Source: a virus. From it: a stretch of DNA of 64,000 nucleotides. Below the pieces are notes generated by a model. That model made no database searches, was not told the origin of the DNA, and worked only from the letters and a program-made list of their open reading frames with translations. Below are positions 27,058-36,775 of the stretch, piece after piece. How positions within the stretch are numbered: the first letter of the stretch is position 1; each line of letters opens with the position of its first letter. Position numbers and translations under genes: made by a program. The stretch lies in IMG/VR virus record IMGVR_UViG_3300045988_126112, positions 160,001 through 224,000 of that record; one strand, written 5' to 3'.

Positions 27058-28005
27058 TTATTTGTATTTTTTATTTTGTAAATAAGCAGAACCAAATAAA
27101 ACTAATGCTAAAATACATACATTCATTATCAAGCTTCTACTTTTATCTATTACATTTGCATTTGCTTTATCGTGTATTCTACCTATTGCAGCTGTGTAAT
27201 AAGATAATTCGTTAGAATATTCTTTTAATAGATCATAAATATTAATTCGTTGTACTATAACCATCTTATAATTATCTACTTTGTGACCAAGTCCATCAGT
27301 ATCTTTAATACCAAAAATATCACCATCTTTAGTTATATAAACTGGAACTAGTAATTCATAATTTTTCATAGAATTTAATCCATCTTCTGAATATATATCT
27401 ATAAGCTTATCAATATCCATTACTTTTAAATTTCCATTATTTTTATTTTCCCAGAATATATACTTGGTATTATCGTTTCTTAATATTGTTTCAATAGCTT
27501 CTTTATTTAGTTTACTATTTCCTTGTAATCTTAGAAGAGTTTCTATTGATAAAACTTCATCTGGAGCTTTATCATAAGAAAGTGAATTTCCCCACAATAA
27601 ACATTTCATAGATAAAACTATAGGTCTATTTACTGTGGTATCTTGATTTATATAAAAATTACCTAAAGTTTCATTAAATACTCTAGTCAGTCTACTATTT
27701 GGTGTGGGGTTATCTATATCTGTATCAAGACCTTCCAAATCCTTTCCATAATATAAATTTAATTTATGTTGTATATTTTCTAGAACTAAATTTAATGACT
27801 TTTCAGTTAATTTATCTTCTTCATTCAATAGCGTTTTAATATAAACCCTTTCTTCTCTTTTTATAAAATCGGCTATCTCATTGTAATTAGATATATTATT
27901 TCTATAATCATCAAATTGTAAATATGAAAATAGCAATACTATTATTGTTATAATCAAGCATATTATGGAAATTTGTTTATGCTTTCCCAGCTTATGACCA
28001 TTCAT
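27058..28005 (-). CDS. membrane protein with TM helices at both termini
   Basis: AAGGAGG RBS; ISIICLIITIIVLLFSYL and IMNVCILALVLFGSAYL. Confidence 0.65.
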   Translation of the reverse strand: MNGHKLGKHKQISIICLIITIIVLLFSYLQFDDYRNNISNYNEIADFIKREERVYIKTLLNEEDKLTEKSLNLVLENIQHKLNLYYGKDLEGLDTDIDNPTPNSRLTRVFNETLGNFYINQDTTVNRPIVLSMKCLLWGNSLSYDKAPDEVLSIETLLRLQGNSKLNKEAIETILRNDNTKYIFWENKNNGNLKVMDIDKLIDIYSEDGLNSMKNYELLVPVYITKDGDIFGIKDTDGLGHKVDNYKMVIVQRINIYDLLKEYSNELSYYTAAIGRIHDKANANVIDKSRSLIMNVCILALVLFGSAYLQNKKYK

Positions 28006-28033
28006 TTTTCTTTTACCTCCTTTACTATAGATT

Positions 28034-28045
28034 TATTAATATGTT
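28034..28045 (-). promoter_or_regulatory. late-class promoter-like motif AACA-N6-TA
   Basis: Minus strand AACATATTAATA, 29 nt before ATG 28005, directly after a terminator. Confidence 0.5.
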
Positions 28046-28080
28046 AAAAAATATAGGGATAGGAGAAACCCCCTATCCCT
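28046..28080 (-). terminator. intrinsic terminator (minus strand)
   Basis: AGGGATAGG...CCTATCCCT hairpin followed on the minus strand by ATATTTTTT. Confidence 0.7.
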
Positions 28081-28087
28081 AACCCTT

Positions 28088-28660
28088 CTATACTGGAGGT
28101 CTACTAATCAATGATGGACCACAGTTTTTATATATTTTATAAGTTATATCAGATTCTGTTGTATATTTATCTGTATTTAAATTATAAAAACTTATTTTCA
28201 TACCAATATCATCATCATAGTTAACTAAACTAAAATCAGTAAGTATTCCATTTAGAAAAATTTCTAAATAATCTAATTGTGGATCGTAATTAAGAAACTC
28301 TGTTAATACATCAGGAATATCCATTCCATAATCATTTGTTACTTTTGATAATACTATTTTATCTGTAAAAGTTCTTATAGTTGGTTTAGAAAAAGTTAAC
28401 TGATTCCAATTAGTTCCATCATATCTCCATATATAATTAGTAGCTTTAACTAAATATAATTTATTAGATAATGGTTTAGCTAAAGAAGTTCTAGCTTTAT
28501 CATCATCTACTATTATTAAATCAGCTATTGATTGTCTACCATTTTTAATGGTATCAAAATATAATTCGCCAGTATCTGAACAAGAAATCATTTGTCCAGC
28601 AGTTACTTTTATCTTCCCAATATTAGCTTTTGTAGTTTCTATTGGTTTAAATAATCCCAT
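28088..28660 (-). CDS. tail-fibre/baseplate-associated protein
   Basis: TAG-GGAGG-8 nt-ATG at 28660 (track start 28693 lies inside the upstream gene); GQMISCSDTGELYFDT resembles fibre N-terminal motifs. Confidence 0.5.
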   Translation of the reverse strand: MGLFKPIETTKANIGKIKVTAGQMISCSDTGELYFDTIKNGRQSIADLIIVDDDKARTSLAKPLSNKLYLVKATNYIWRYDGTNWNQLTFSKPTIRTFTDKIVLSKVTNDYGMDIPDVLTEFLNYDPQLDYLEIFLNGILTDFSLVNYDDDIGMKISFYNLNTDKYTTESDITYKIYKNCGPSLISRPPV

Positions 28661-28673
28661 TATAATTTCCTCC

Positions 28674-29672
28674 CTATTGTAAATATTTGTCACCTAATGT
28701 GTTTGATACTATATTTCTATATGCTGTATTAGTTAAATCTAAATCTTTCCATTCAACACCAGCATCAGTTTTATATAATACTTGACCTTCTTCACCATCA
28801 AATGGTATTCCTTCAGGAATTTTAACTGATTCTAACGATTGAGCACTTATTTCACATGCTTCGGCTAATGAAGTTAAACTTACTGTGTATTTTGTTCCTA
28901 TAGTATTGTCAATTATATCGTCGTATTGTTCTTCAGTTATGTCAACATCAGCCCATACAATACCATCAGCAGTTCTAACTAATGCTTGACCAGTTATACC
29001 ATTTTGAGGAAAAGAACTAGGAACTCTTACAGATCTAGTTGCATGATTATTAGTACTTTCACCTACTAAATAATCAGCACCTATAGTATTTTGAACTATA
29101 CTTCTATATTGTTCATCAGTTATGTCAACATCAGCCCAAGCCATTCCACTAACAGTTTTTATTAGTATTTGACCATTTTCTCCATTTTGTGGTAGAATAA
29201 CATCATCATCATCTCCAGGATCTACAGTTCCTCCACCTCCAGAAGAATCTTGTTTTTTAAATAGAGTGAATGTAAATATTATCTCTTCTAAATCGCCATT
29301 CCATACACCTTTTATTTTAACTATTTGACCATTTTCAATATTATAATTTACACCTTCATTAATAGTAATACCATTTTGTTTTACTTCTAAAGTATCACCT
29401 TTTGCTATTACTAAACCTATATTTACAGTATTAGTATTTGCAGTTATAGATTGAGTTCTTCTAATTATTTTAACTCCATCAGCATTACCTACTATTGGTA
29501 TAAGCTTATAATTATCAGTAACAGCATATAATTTAGCTTTTTTAATATCTAATACTAATTCATCTGGTACACCTTTATAAGATTGCTCATACTTTAAAGG
29601 TATCATTGGTTTTCTAGAATTGACTTTATTTACTTCACCATAATTATCTTGATATGGTTCTCTATGCTTCAT
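28674..29672 (-). CDS. tail-fibre-like protein with three ~50-aa C-terminal repeats
   Basis: PQNGENGQILIKTVSGMAWADVDITDEQY / PQNGITGQALVRTADGIVWADVDITEEQY / PFDGEEGQVLYKTDAGVEWKDLDLTNTAY; Gly linker SSGGGGT. Confidence 0.6.
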   Translation of the reverse strand: MKHREPYQDNYGEVNKVNSRKPMIPLKYEQSYKGVPDELVLDIKKAKLYAVTDNYKLIPIVGNADGVKIIRRTQSITANTNTVNIGLVIAKGDTLEVKQNGITINEGVNYNIENGQIVKIKGVWNGDLEEIIFTFTLFKKQDSSGGGGTVDPGDDDDVILPQNGENGQILIKTVSGMAWADVDITDEQYRSIVQNTIGADYLVGESTNNHATRSVRVPSSFPQNGITGQALVRTADGIVWADVDITEEQYDDIIDNTIGTKYTVSLTSLAEACEISAQSLESVKIPEGIPFDGEEGQVLYKTDAGVEWKDLDLTNTAYRNIVSNTLGDKYLQ

Positions 29673-31932
29673 ATTCATTATCCTCCTTTCCTAATTTGTT
29701 AGTTTTATTAGAATCATAATCTATTAATACACTTCCTGATTTATCTTTATCTTCAAATCTATCTTCAGTAGCGAATAAGAAATCTTCACCCTTATTAATG
29801 AAAGGTCTTTCATAATAATCTGAAGCAATTTTTTCTAATATATATTTCATATTAATTTCTGCTGCAGTAATATCAGTTTCTTTATTGCTAACATTAATAT
29901 CTTGAATAATTTTCTTATATTCAGGTATAGTTAATTTATCAATTATTTGAGTCATTAAATCAGTAGTATTTTCAAACATTTCAGCAAGTAATTCATCTTC
30001 TTTGATGTGTTGTATAATAGAAAGATTGTAAACTGAACCTGGGTCAGTAGTTAATTTCAATCTATTTTGATCAACATCATAAATCCAATCTCTAGGTATT
30101 TTCTTTCCGTTAACAAATATAAAGTTTAAATCTTTACTTATATTATGCTTAAATTTACTCTTGTCTACAATTATATCTCCAGTAGTATCAAGATTTGGAC
30201 TGAACTCTATTTCTTTCATTTCGTCAGGCAGATAGAAAATTTCAACTATATCATTTTCTTTTAATAGCATATTTATATATACAGAATTATCATCAAATGG
30301 AGTTGAAGGAGATGGTACAATAATTCTATAATTATTACTACCTATTCTTCTTCCATTTACACAAATCATATATTGATCTTTATTATCACAGAATTTAAAT
30401 TCTTCAGGTAATATAAAATCTACTCTATCATATTCACATTTTACATATAAATATCTGAATTGTCTTTCTGATACTAAAAATAATCTTTTATCATAATAGA
30501 AAGGATTATCAGGATAGATTGTATAAGTACCATTATCCATTCTTTCATAATTAAATCCAATTTGATATTGTTTATCTGGTTGAATTTCTATATTATAATC
30601 TAAATGCTCTGGCTGCATTGTATACAATCTCATATAATTCATATTTATAGAATCGTCTAGATAATATAAATCATCTAATTTAGAACCAAATTTAATTCTT
30701 ATAGGTCTATTATCTACTTCTAAGAAATATAATATCTCCATAGTATCATCATTTTTAACATCTTTTAATGGAAAAGTAAAATTCTTACCATTATAAGATA
30801 ATTCATGATAGTATTTATACAGTTCTCCATTATGGAAAAGTACTACATAGCTATGTATATTACCATTTATTCTTCTAGACATAGTAACCATTCCAGATTT
30901 AGCCATTTGTTTTAATTCTAAACCAGTATATATAAAAGATTTAGTTTTATCCATCTTCTCATAAGCCCTATTCATTAGTCCTGAATTATATTCCATTACA
31001 TAATTTAAAGCTCTAAGAATATTATCTCTATAAGTATCCGTAATATTAAATTCAAAATTGAATTTTTTATTGAATCTATTTAAATACCCAGGAATTCTGT
31101 TATTATTAAGAAGAACATCGTTAGATATTTTTCGTTTATCCATGAATACTTTACTATTATTACGTCTTAAATTAGCTTTACTATAGAAGAATCCTTTAGC
31201 AATATATATAGTATCAAGTTTATTACCATCTACTGAAAACATATTTAATCCATGATTAACAAAATTTTCTTTATATAATTTATTATCTTTAAAGATAAAT
31301 ATATTATTATCAGCCATTTCTCTATTAGGATTCATTTCAAAATGTTGAATAGTATTAGTTTCAAGCATTTTTTCTTCATAGTAGAAATCACAACTATCAT
31401 TAGTATCAATAGTTACGCATCTATCTATACCAGAATAATAATATCCATTTTTAAAACTAAATAGAGTCTTATCATTACATAAGCCTGCTTCATTATATAT
31501 AACTGTTTTAGGTAGCATTATCATTGTATAATCAGCATACATTTCTGTAACACCTGGAAGTAATATATAAGAATATCTACAATCTTTTATTATATAAATT
31601 TCACTCCATTTAATAAATAAACCATTTACAAAGAATAGGAATGGATATACTTTATTTCCTTTTATTAAATTGTCTAATGTATCCATATATGCAGGTTTAT
31701 ATTGATAAGTATTAAATGGTATACAATCAGTTAATAGTAAAGATACATCTTGTATACTAAATTTTCCATTTAATATTCTATGAGTATCTTTAAAATCTCC
31801 CTTTCTTATATATTTAAAATTAATCTTTGTTGGTACATTTACTCTTAAATTATTATCTATTAAATTATTAGATAGAGGACGTAATTCCTCTATCGTTTCA
31901 ACAATATATTTATTAATCTTAGTAGGTTCCAT
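29662..31932 (-). CDS. large structural-module protein (756 aa), function unknown
   Basis: TAATG coupling to the upstream gene; lies in the fibre/baseplate operon. Confidence 0.65.
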   Translation of the reverse strand: MEPTKINKYIVETIEELRPLSNNLIDNNLRVNVPTKINFKYIRKGDFKDTHRILNGKFSIQDVSLLLTDCIPFNTYQYKPAYMDTLDNLIKGNKVYPFLFFVNGLFIKWSEIYIIKDCRYSYILLPGVTEMYADYTMIMLPKTVIYNEAGLCNDKTLFSFKNGYYYSGIDRCVTIDTNDSCDFYYEEKMLETNTIQHFEMNPNREMADNNIFIFKDNKLYKENFVNHGLNMFSVDGNKLDTIYIAKGFFYSKANLRRNNSKVFMDKRKISNDVLLNNNRIPGYLNRFNKKFNFEFNITDTYRDNILRALNYVMEYNSGLMNRAYEKMDKTKSFIYTGLELKQMAKSGMVTMSRRINGNIHSYVVLFHNGELYKYYHELSYNGKNFTFPLKDVKNDDTMEILYFLEVDNRPIRIKFGSKLDDLYYLDDSINMNYMRLYTMQPEHLDYNIEIQPDKQYQIGFNYERMDNGTYTIYPDNPFYYDKRLFLVSERQFRYLYVKCEYDRVDFILPEEFKFCDNKDQYMICVNGRRIGSNNYRIIVPSPSTPFDDNSVYINMLLKENDIVEIFYLPDEMKEIEFSPNLDTTGDIIVDKSKFKHNISKDLNFIFVNGKKIPRDWIYDVDQNRLKLTTDPGSVYNLSIIQHIKEDELLAEMFENTTDLMTQIIDKLTIPEYKKIIQDINVSNKETDITAAEINMKYILEKIASDYYERPFINKGEDFLFATEDRFEDKDKSGSVLIDYDSNKTNKLGKEDNEYEA

Positions 31933-32879
31933 TATACAGCTTCACTACCAATTCTTAGCATTCCTTTAGTAAAATCTACCATGTTTCTTCCTGTTATCTT
32001 TTCTATAGTTTTTTGATTATTGATATAGCATCCAACATAACAGTTTGTCATCATAGTAGCAAATGCTGGGAATATTTCAAGAGCAAATTGAGTACCAGTA
32101 CCATATAGATATACCCATTTTTCAAGTATTAATTCTAAACTTGTTTCTGGTAATTTTAATATTTTAGTCAATCCTTCTACAAAGTTTTTTATATTAATAA
32201 ACATCTTTTCTTCATCTACTTGTAGATTTAATATTTCTTCTTCACGTTCAGTCATAGAAGATACATTTCTGCATACAGCTTTTACACTATCTGTAAAATC
32301 TTTTTGTAAGATATTTTCAATATAATATCTTGCAGATAGATATTGACATTTAGCTTTTACACTTTGAGTATTACTTACTTTATAAATATAATCTATAATA
32401 TAAGTAAATAGAGCAGAGAAAGATCTAGCACCAGAATCTATAATCTCTCTTCTCATTATAATTCTTTTAGGGTCAGCATAATAAACTAAGTTATTGATAG
32501 CTGAAACTAAATAAGCTATTAATATATCCACATTATTACATCTATAAACACCATCATTATATTTGATTATTTCAGTACAGTCTATAAATACTTTAAGTTT
32601 CTTATCAGTTTTTATATCTGTAGCTGCAAATACTTTAAATGCTTTAGGTAATGGGACTGGATGAGTCATAAGTTTTATATTTCTAGACTCCAATACTTTG
32701 ATTAAACTACTGTCTATTTGTCTTCTCTTTACGTCAAATTTTATATCCTTAAATGCTTCACTATCTTTGTCTATTTCATCTGCAGTCATTATAAAATTTA
32801 CTAAGTTTTTTTCATAATTACCTTTAGAGTATAAATAAGCAGATGCATATGTTTTAGCTATTAATCCTTTATTAGCCAT
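31932..32879 (-). CDS. structural-module protein, function unknown
   Basis: AAGGAGG RBS; first gene after a late-class motif. Confidence 0.65.
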   Translation of the reverse strand: MANKGLIAKTYASAYLYSKGNYEKNLVNFIMTADEIDKDSEAFKDIKFDVKRRQIDSSLIKVLESRNIKLMTHPVPLPKAFKVFAATDIKTDKKLKVFIDCTEIIKYNDGVYRCNNVDILIAYLVSAINNLVYYADPKRIIMRREIIDSGARSFSALFTYIIDYIYKVSNTQSVKAKCQYLSARYYIENILQKDFTDSVKAVCRNVSSMTEREEEILNLQVDEEKMFINIKNFVEGLTKILKLPETSLELILEKWVYLYGTGTQFALEIFPAFATMMTNCYVGCYINNQKTIEKITGRNMVDFTKGMLRIGSEAV

Positions 32880-32906
32880 TTTAAAACCTCCTTTATAGTA
32901 ATTTAT

Positions 32907-32918
32907 TATATTAATGTT
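32907..32918 (-). promoter_or_regulatory. late-class promoter-like motif AACA-N6-TA
   Basis: Minus strand AACATTAATATA, 28 nt before ATG 32879. Confidence 0.5.
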
Positions 32919-32955
32919 AAAAAATAAAAGCTCTGTACCTTTTCAGGTACAGAGC
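32919..32955 (-). terminator. intrinsic terminator (minus strand)
   Basis: GCTCTGTACCT-tttc-AGGTACAGAGC followed on the minus strand by TTTTATTTTTT. Confidence 0.8.
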
Positions 32956-32996
32956 CAATCCTGGGAGAATATAAATATAAAAAAACTTTATATATA

Positions 32997-34127
32997 TTAC
33001 TCATATTGTTTTTCATATATTTTTTTAATTTCCTTTTTCTTTTTGTTTAGAGTTAGTTTTAGTTTCATTGGTTCAGTAAATATATTATATGGTAATGTAA
33101 ATCCAGCTGCACCTTTATGACCACCACCACCAAATAATTTAGCTACATCTGAGCAATCTACATAATCTTTATTAGAGAATAATGAATAAGTCCATACAAG
33201 TTTTCCATTACGTTCTTGCATGACAAATGGGCAAACCATATCATAATCATATATTTTACTTCCAAACAATAAACTATTTGATTTCATATTGCAGCATAAT
33301 ATTTTATAATCAAGTAATTCAAATTCAAAACCATTAGTAGCTAGATATCTAGCATTCTTTCTTTCAGTATCTTCTACTATAGGTCTTCCTCTATTAATTA
33401 CTTTATCTAAAACAACTAAATCATTACTATCTTTTTCTTTCCATAAAGACATCCATACAGAATCTGGGTCTATATTACCATCTCTATCTATAAGCTTATA
33501 ATTTGGTAAACCATTCATAGCTTCATTAAAGCATATTGAATTTGGATAATCATGAGTCCAAGTATCCCAATCAGATGTAAGTTTTACATATAATGGAGCT
33601 TTATCTGGAATAGTTTCAAATAATGTACAATAAACTAACATAGCTGCACTATATTTATTATTAGCATCTCCTAATACACATATATTAAATTTATTAGCAA
33701 GATTTTCAATACTTTCATCAGTTTTAAGCATTTTAACATTAGATGCATGATGGTCTATCCAATATACATTTTTAGATTGACTATATAAGTATCTTAATTT
33801 ATCTTCAGTCATTGATAAATCAACTAACCATATTAAATCATTTTCATATATTTCAAAGTTTTCAAAATTATCATTGTAATCAGTTGGTACAAGATTTATT
33901 GGTACATCTTTTAATTCTTGTAATGAAGATAGATATCTTTCAACTAAATGACCAGAGCAATATCCATCTAAATCTGTATGGTGAAATATCCATATAGAAT
34001 TTTGTTTTATATCAAAATCTGTAGGTGCTTTTCTTATTATATTTTTGTAATTACCTGAAGTATAGTTCATAAATTCCATAAATTCCAATCCTTTTTCTTC
34101 CTTAGTTATCATAGTATTTTCTTTCAT
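32997..34127 (-). CDS. DHH/DHHA1 family phosphoesterase (NrnA-like)
   Basis: HHTDLDGYCSG (motif I), WLVDLS (II), WIDHHASN (III), GGGGHKGAAGF (DHHA1); AAGGGGG RBS 9 nt before ATG 34127. Confidence 0.8.
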   Translation of the reverse strand: MKENTMITKEEKGLEFMEFMNYTSGNYKNIIRKAPTDFDIKQNSIWIFHHTDLDGYCSGHLVERYLSSLQELKDVPINLVPTDYNDNFENFEIYENDLIWLVDLSMTEDKLRYLYSQSKNVYWIDHHASNVKMLKTDESIENLANKFNICVLGDANNKYSAAMLVYCTLFETIPDKAPLYVKLTSDWDTWTHDYPNSICFNEAMNGLPNYKLIDRDGNIDPDSVWMSLWKEKDSNDLVVLDKVINRGRPIVEDTERKNARYLATNGFEFELLDYKILCCNMKSNSLLFGSKIYDYDMVCPFVMQERNGKLVWTYSLFSNKDYVDCSDVAKLFGGGGHKGAAGFTLPYNIFTEPMKLKLTLNKKKKEIKKIYEKQYE

Positions 34128-34128
34128 A

Positions 34129-34314
34129 TTAGTTATCCCCCTTAATTTCTTTTTTATAACTTGCAAATCTTTCGTCATTTTCTATCAATGCTTCCATAAC
34201 CATATCTGGACTTAGATATTCATCACATAAAGTACTACATTTGTCTGTAAACTTATATGGGCATCCAATTCCATTTTCTAATCTTAAATTTTCATCATGA
34301 ATACAATCATTCAT
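34129..34314 (-). CDS. small Cys-rich protein, translationally adjacent to the DHH gene
   Basis: AAGGAGG RBS; 61 aa with 4 Cys; its stop lies 1 nt before the DHH start. Confidence 0.6.
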   Translation of the reverse strand: MNDCIHDENLRLENGIGCPYKFTDKCSTLCDEYLSPDMVMEALIENDERFASYKKEIKGDN

Positions 34315-34334
34315 ATATAAATACCTCCTTATTG

Positions 34335-34350
34335 ATATAATATATTATAT
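34335..34350. promoter_or_regulatory. palindromic double early-class motif between divergent genes
   Basis: Perfect 16-nt palindrome ATATAATATATTATAT reads AATATATTATA on both strands. Confidence 0.45.
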
Positions 34351-34400
34351 AATAGTAATAGCTGTGATAACTTATTATTAAATCGAAAGGAGGTATATGT

Positions 34401-35021
34401 ATGAATAATAATTTAGAAAGGCTTACAGGTTCATTGGAGACATATATTAATGAAAAAATACTTACAAGAGCTCCGTTAGATCATGACCATTTAGGATATG
34501 TCAAAAAGACTGATTTAGCAACTGTAGCTTTTAGTGGTCGTTATAGTGATTTAATAGGATTACCATCTTCTTCATCTAGTGATTTGAATTCATATGCTAC
34601 TATAAATTATGTAAATACAGCTATAGCCGAAGCAAAATTAAATGGGTCTATTAATTTGGATGATTATGTAAAACAAGAACAATTAGAAACATATGTACAG
34701 TCAGCTGAATTAAAAGAAGTTGCATTTAGTGGTAGTTATAATGATTTACTTCATAAACCTACTATACCATCTATAGTTGGATTAGCATCAGAAGCATATG
34801 TAAAGAAAGCTATAGATGAAGCAAAACTTAGTGGTGCTGGTGGAAAGGTTGATTTAGATAATTACGTTAAAAAAGTTGAATTATCTGCTGTAGCTACAAG
34901 TGGTAGCTATAATGATTTAACTGATAAACCAGCTGGATTATTAACTGAAGAAGAAATAACTACCATTATTAATAATCAATTTGATAAATTGATACACGAT
35001 GCATTTAATGCTGAATATTAA
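34401..35021 (+). CDS. fibre-like protein with three SG(S/R)Y(N/S)DLxxxP repeats
   Basis: VAFSGRYSDLIGLP, VAFSGSYNDLLHKP, VATSGSYNDLTDKP separated by coiled segments. Confidence 0.6.
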   Translation: MNNNLERLTGSLETYINEKILTRAPLDHDHLGYVKKTDLATVAFSGRYSDLIGLPSSSSSDLNSYATINYVNTAIAEAKLNGSINLDDYVKQEQLETYVQSAELKEVAFSGSYNDLLHKPTIPSIVGLASEAYVKKAIDEAKLSGAGGKVDLDNYVKKVELSAVATSGSYNDLTDKPAGLLTEEEITTIINNQFDKLIHDAFNAEY

Positions 35022-35033
35022 AAGGAGGTTACA

Positions 35034-36635
35034 ATGTCAGAATTATCGAATATTTTTCAATCAATAGCTAATGCTATAAAAGCGGTAAGCGGTAAAGATA
35101 AAAAAATTTCACCAAAGAATTTTACAGATGAAATAAGTAAGTTATCTTATATAGATGATACGGTTACTGGTAAGGTAAACATAGTACCATCAGCTAAACC
35201 AGAAATAACTATTGAAGATAATGCTATACTTGCAGTAACTACACAAGAAAATGGTTATATAAATGATGGTGGTACAAGAAATTCTATACCAATAGAAACT
35301 AGAGCTGAAGGAACTATAGTTCCTTCAACAACTAATCAAGAATTGAATGGAGGAGTATATTTGAAAGGAAAACAAACTATTATGGGCGATGAAAATTTAG
35401 TACCAGAAAATATTCTTAGAGGAAAGAATAATAAATTAGTATCAATATTTGGTGTAAAAGGTAAAGTAGATAAAATTCATAGAATGAATGCACCAATAAC
35501 TTATAGTAATCAAGATATACAAGTAGTTGATGTTGCTAAAAGTTATTATTTAGCTGCAATAAATGAATATGCTAGTTTCCAATATAAACAATCAAAGGGA
35601 ATATACTATCAATATTTAACAGATGAAAAGGGTGATTGTTGTATAGATTGTTCAACATTTGGAAACTGTGTAACTAGAGGAATAGATTTCTTTAGTTCTC
35701 CATATAATGGAGCTACTGGAACTAAAAATCTTGTTAATGATCCAAAGAAAATAAAAACTTTATGTGAAAATTCTAAATATGAATATGCTGATGATTATTT
35801 AGATAAACAATTAGACCCAGCATTCTATGATTTAGGGTATAGTAATCAAGGTTTATATAGTATAAGAAATGCTGCACAACTAGCAGAATATTATTACTGT
35901 AAAGGATATACAGTATATGAATTTGATCAATCACCTACTGCAGTTCCTAGTGGATTAAAAGGTGGAGAATTAATATTCTGGAGTAAAGATACTGCAACTA
36001 ATGGACAAAAATCTAGATTTAAAGCTATATCACATGTAGCTATAGTAGATAGAACTGGTACAGCTTATTTCCAAGTTACTGGTAGTGAAAGTAATAAAGG
36101 TCAAACTGTATTCTATAGTCAAATAAAAGATCACTTAGAATATATAAGTTTAATAGTCAAACCAAATTATGGTATAAATACTAAAGTAGGATTAGAATTA
36201 TTACCTAAATGGTATTACGATAGCTGTCCATTAGCTAGTGTTAAACTTAATGGAACAACATTTACAATTAATAAAAAAGGTGGATTTACTGTAAGTAAAA
36301 CTATACCTACAGCAAGTACTACATTTTATATAATAAACAAAGATAAGTGCTTAACTTTAGACCCAGGAACATATAAACTTAGTGGAGCTGTTCCTCATGA
36401 AACTTCTACTGGTTCTACTGATGCTTCTACTAAATGGGGTATAAGTATTAAGAAAGAAGATGGTTCACCAATAACTGGAGATAAAGGAAATACTGTATGG
36501 GATAAAGGTTATGGCACAGATGAATTTACTTTAACTGAAGAAACAAAAGTATATGTATATTTTTACATGTCTTCTAACCTAACAGCTATGAGTAAGTCTT
36601 ATAGCATGACACCAAGTCTAATAAGAATAAAATAA
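35034..36635 (+). CDS. tail-associated protein with NlpC/P60-like cysteine peptidase core
   Basis: GDCCIDCSTFGNCVTRGI (Cys motif) and GELIFWS..ISHVAIVD (His motif); follows a fibre gene. Confidence 0.5.
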   Translation: MSELSNIFQSIANAIKAVSGKDKKISPKNFTDEISKLSYIDDTVTGKVNIVPSAKPEITIEDNAILAVTTQENGYINDGGTRNSIPIETRAEGTIVPSTTNQELNGGVYLKGKQTIMGDENLVPENILRGKNNKLVSIFGVKGKVDKIHRMNAPITYSNQDIQVVDVAKSYYLAAINEYASFQYKQSKGIYYQYLTDEKGDCCIDCSTFGNCVTRGIDFFSSPYNGATGTKNLVNDPKKIKTLCENSKYEYADDYLDKQLDPAFYDLGYSNQGLYSIRNAAQLAEYYYCKGYTVYEFDQSPTAVPSGLKGGELIFWSKDTATNGQKSRFKAISHVAIVDRTGTAYFQVTGSESNKGQTVFYSQIKDHLEYISLIVKPNYGINTKVGLELLPKWYYDSCPLASVKLNGTTFTINKKGGFTVSKTIPTASTTFYIINKDKCLTLDPGTYKLSGAVPHETSTGSTDASTKWGISIKKEDGSPITGDKGNTVWDKGYGTDEFTLTEETKVYVYFYMSSNLTAMSKSYSMTPSLIRIK

Positions 36636-36667
36636 TACACTTATGGTAACAAATAGATAATTGTAAA

Positions 36668-36700
36668 AGGAGAATCCTTTAACAAGGATTCTCTTATTTT
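36668..36700 (+). terminator. intrinsic terminator
   Basis: GAGAATCCTT-taac-AAGGATTCTC + TTATTTT. Confidence 0.7.
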
Positions 36701-36724
36701 ATCACGTTTAAAATATATTTTATT

Positions 36725-36735
36725 CATATATTATA
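36725..36735 (+). promoter_or_regulatory. early-class promoter-like motif CATATATTATA
   Basis: Followed by AAGGTGCAATAAAATAAT leader, as at 7736. Confidence 0.5.
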
Positions 36736-36775
36736 AAGGTGCAATAAAATAATATTTATAAGGGGGAAAAGTTAT

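Noticed and set aside
32914-33120. Plus-strand ORF across the DHH gene terminator, and minus-strand ORF 43003-43200.
   Set aside because: They span terminator and promoter sequence, overlap well-supported genes and have no RBS.
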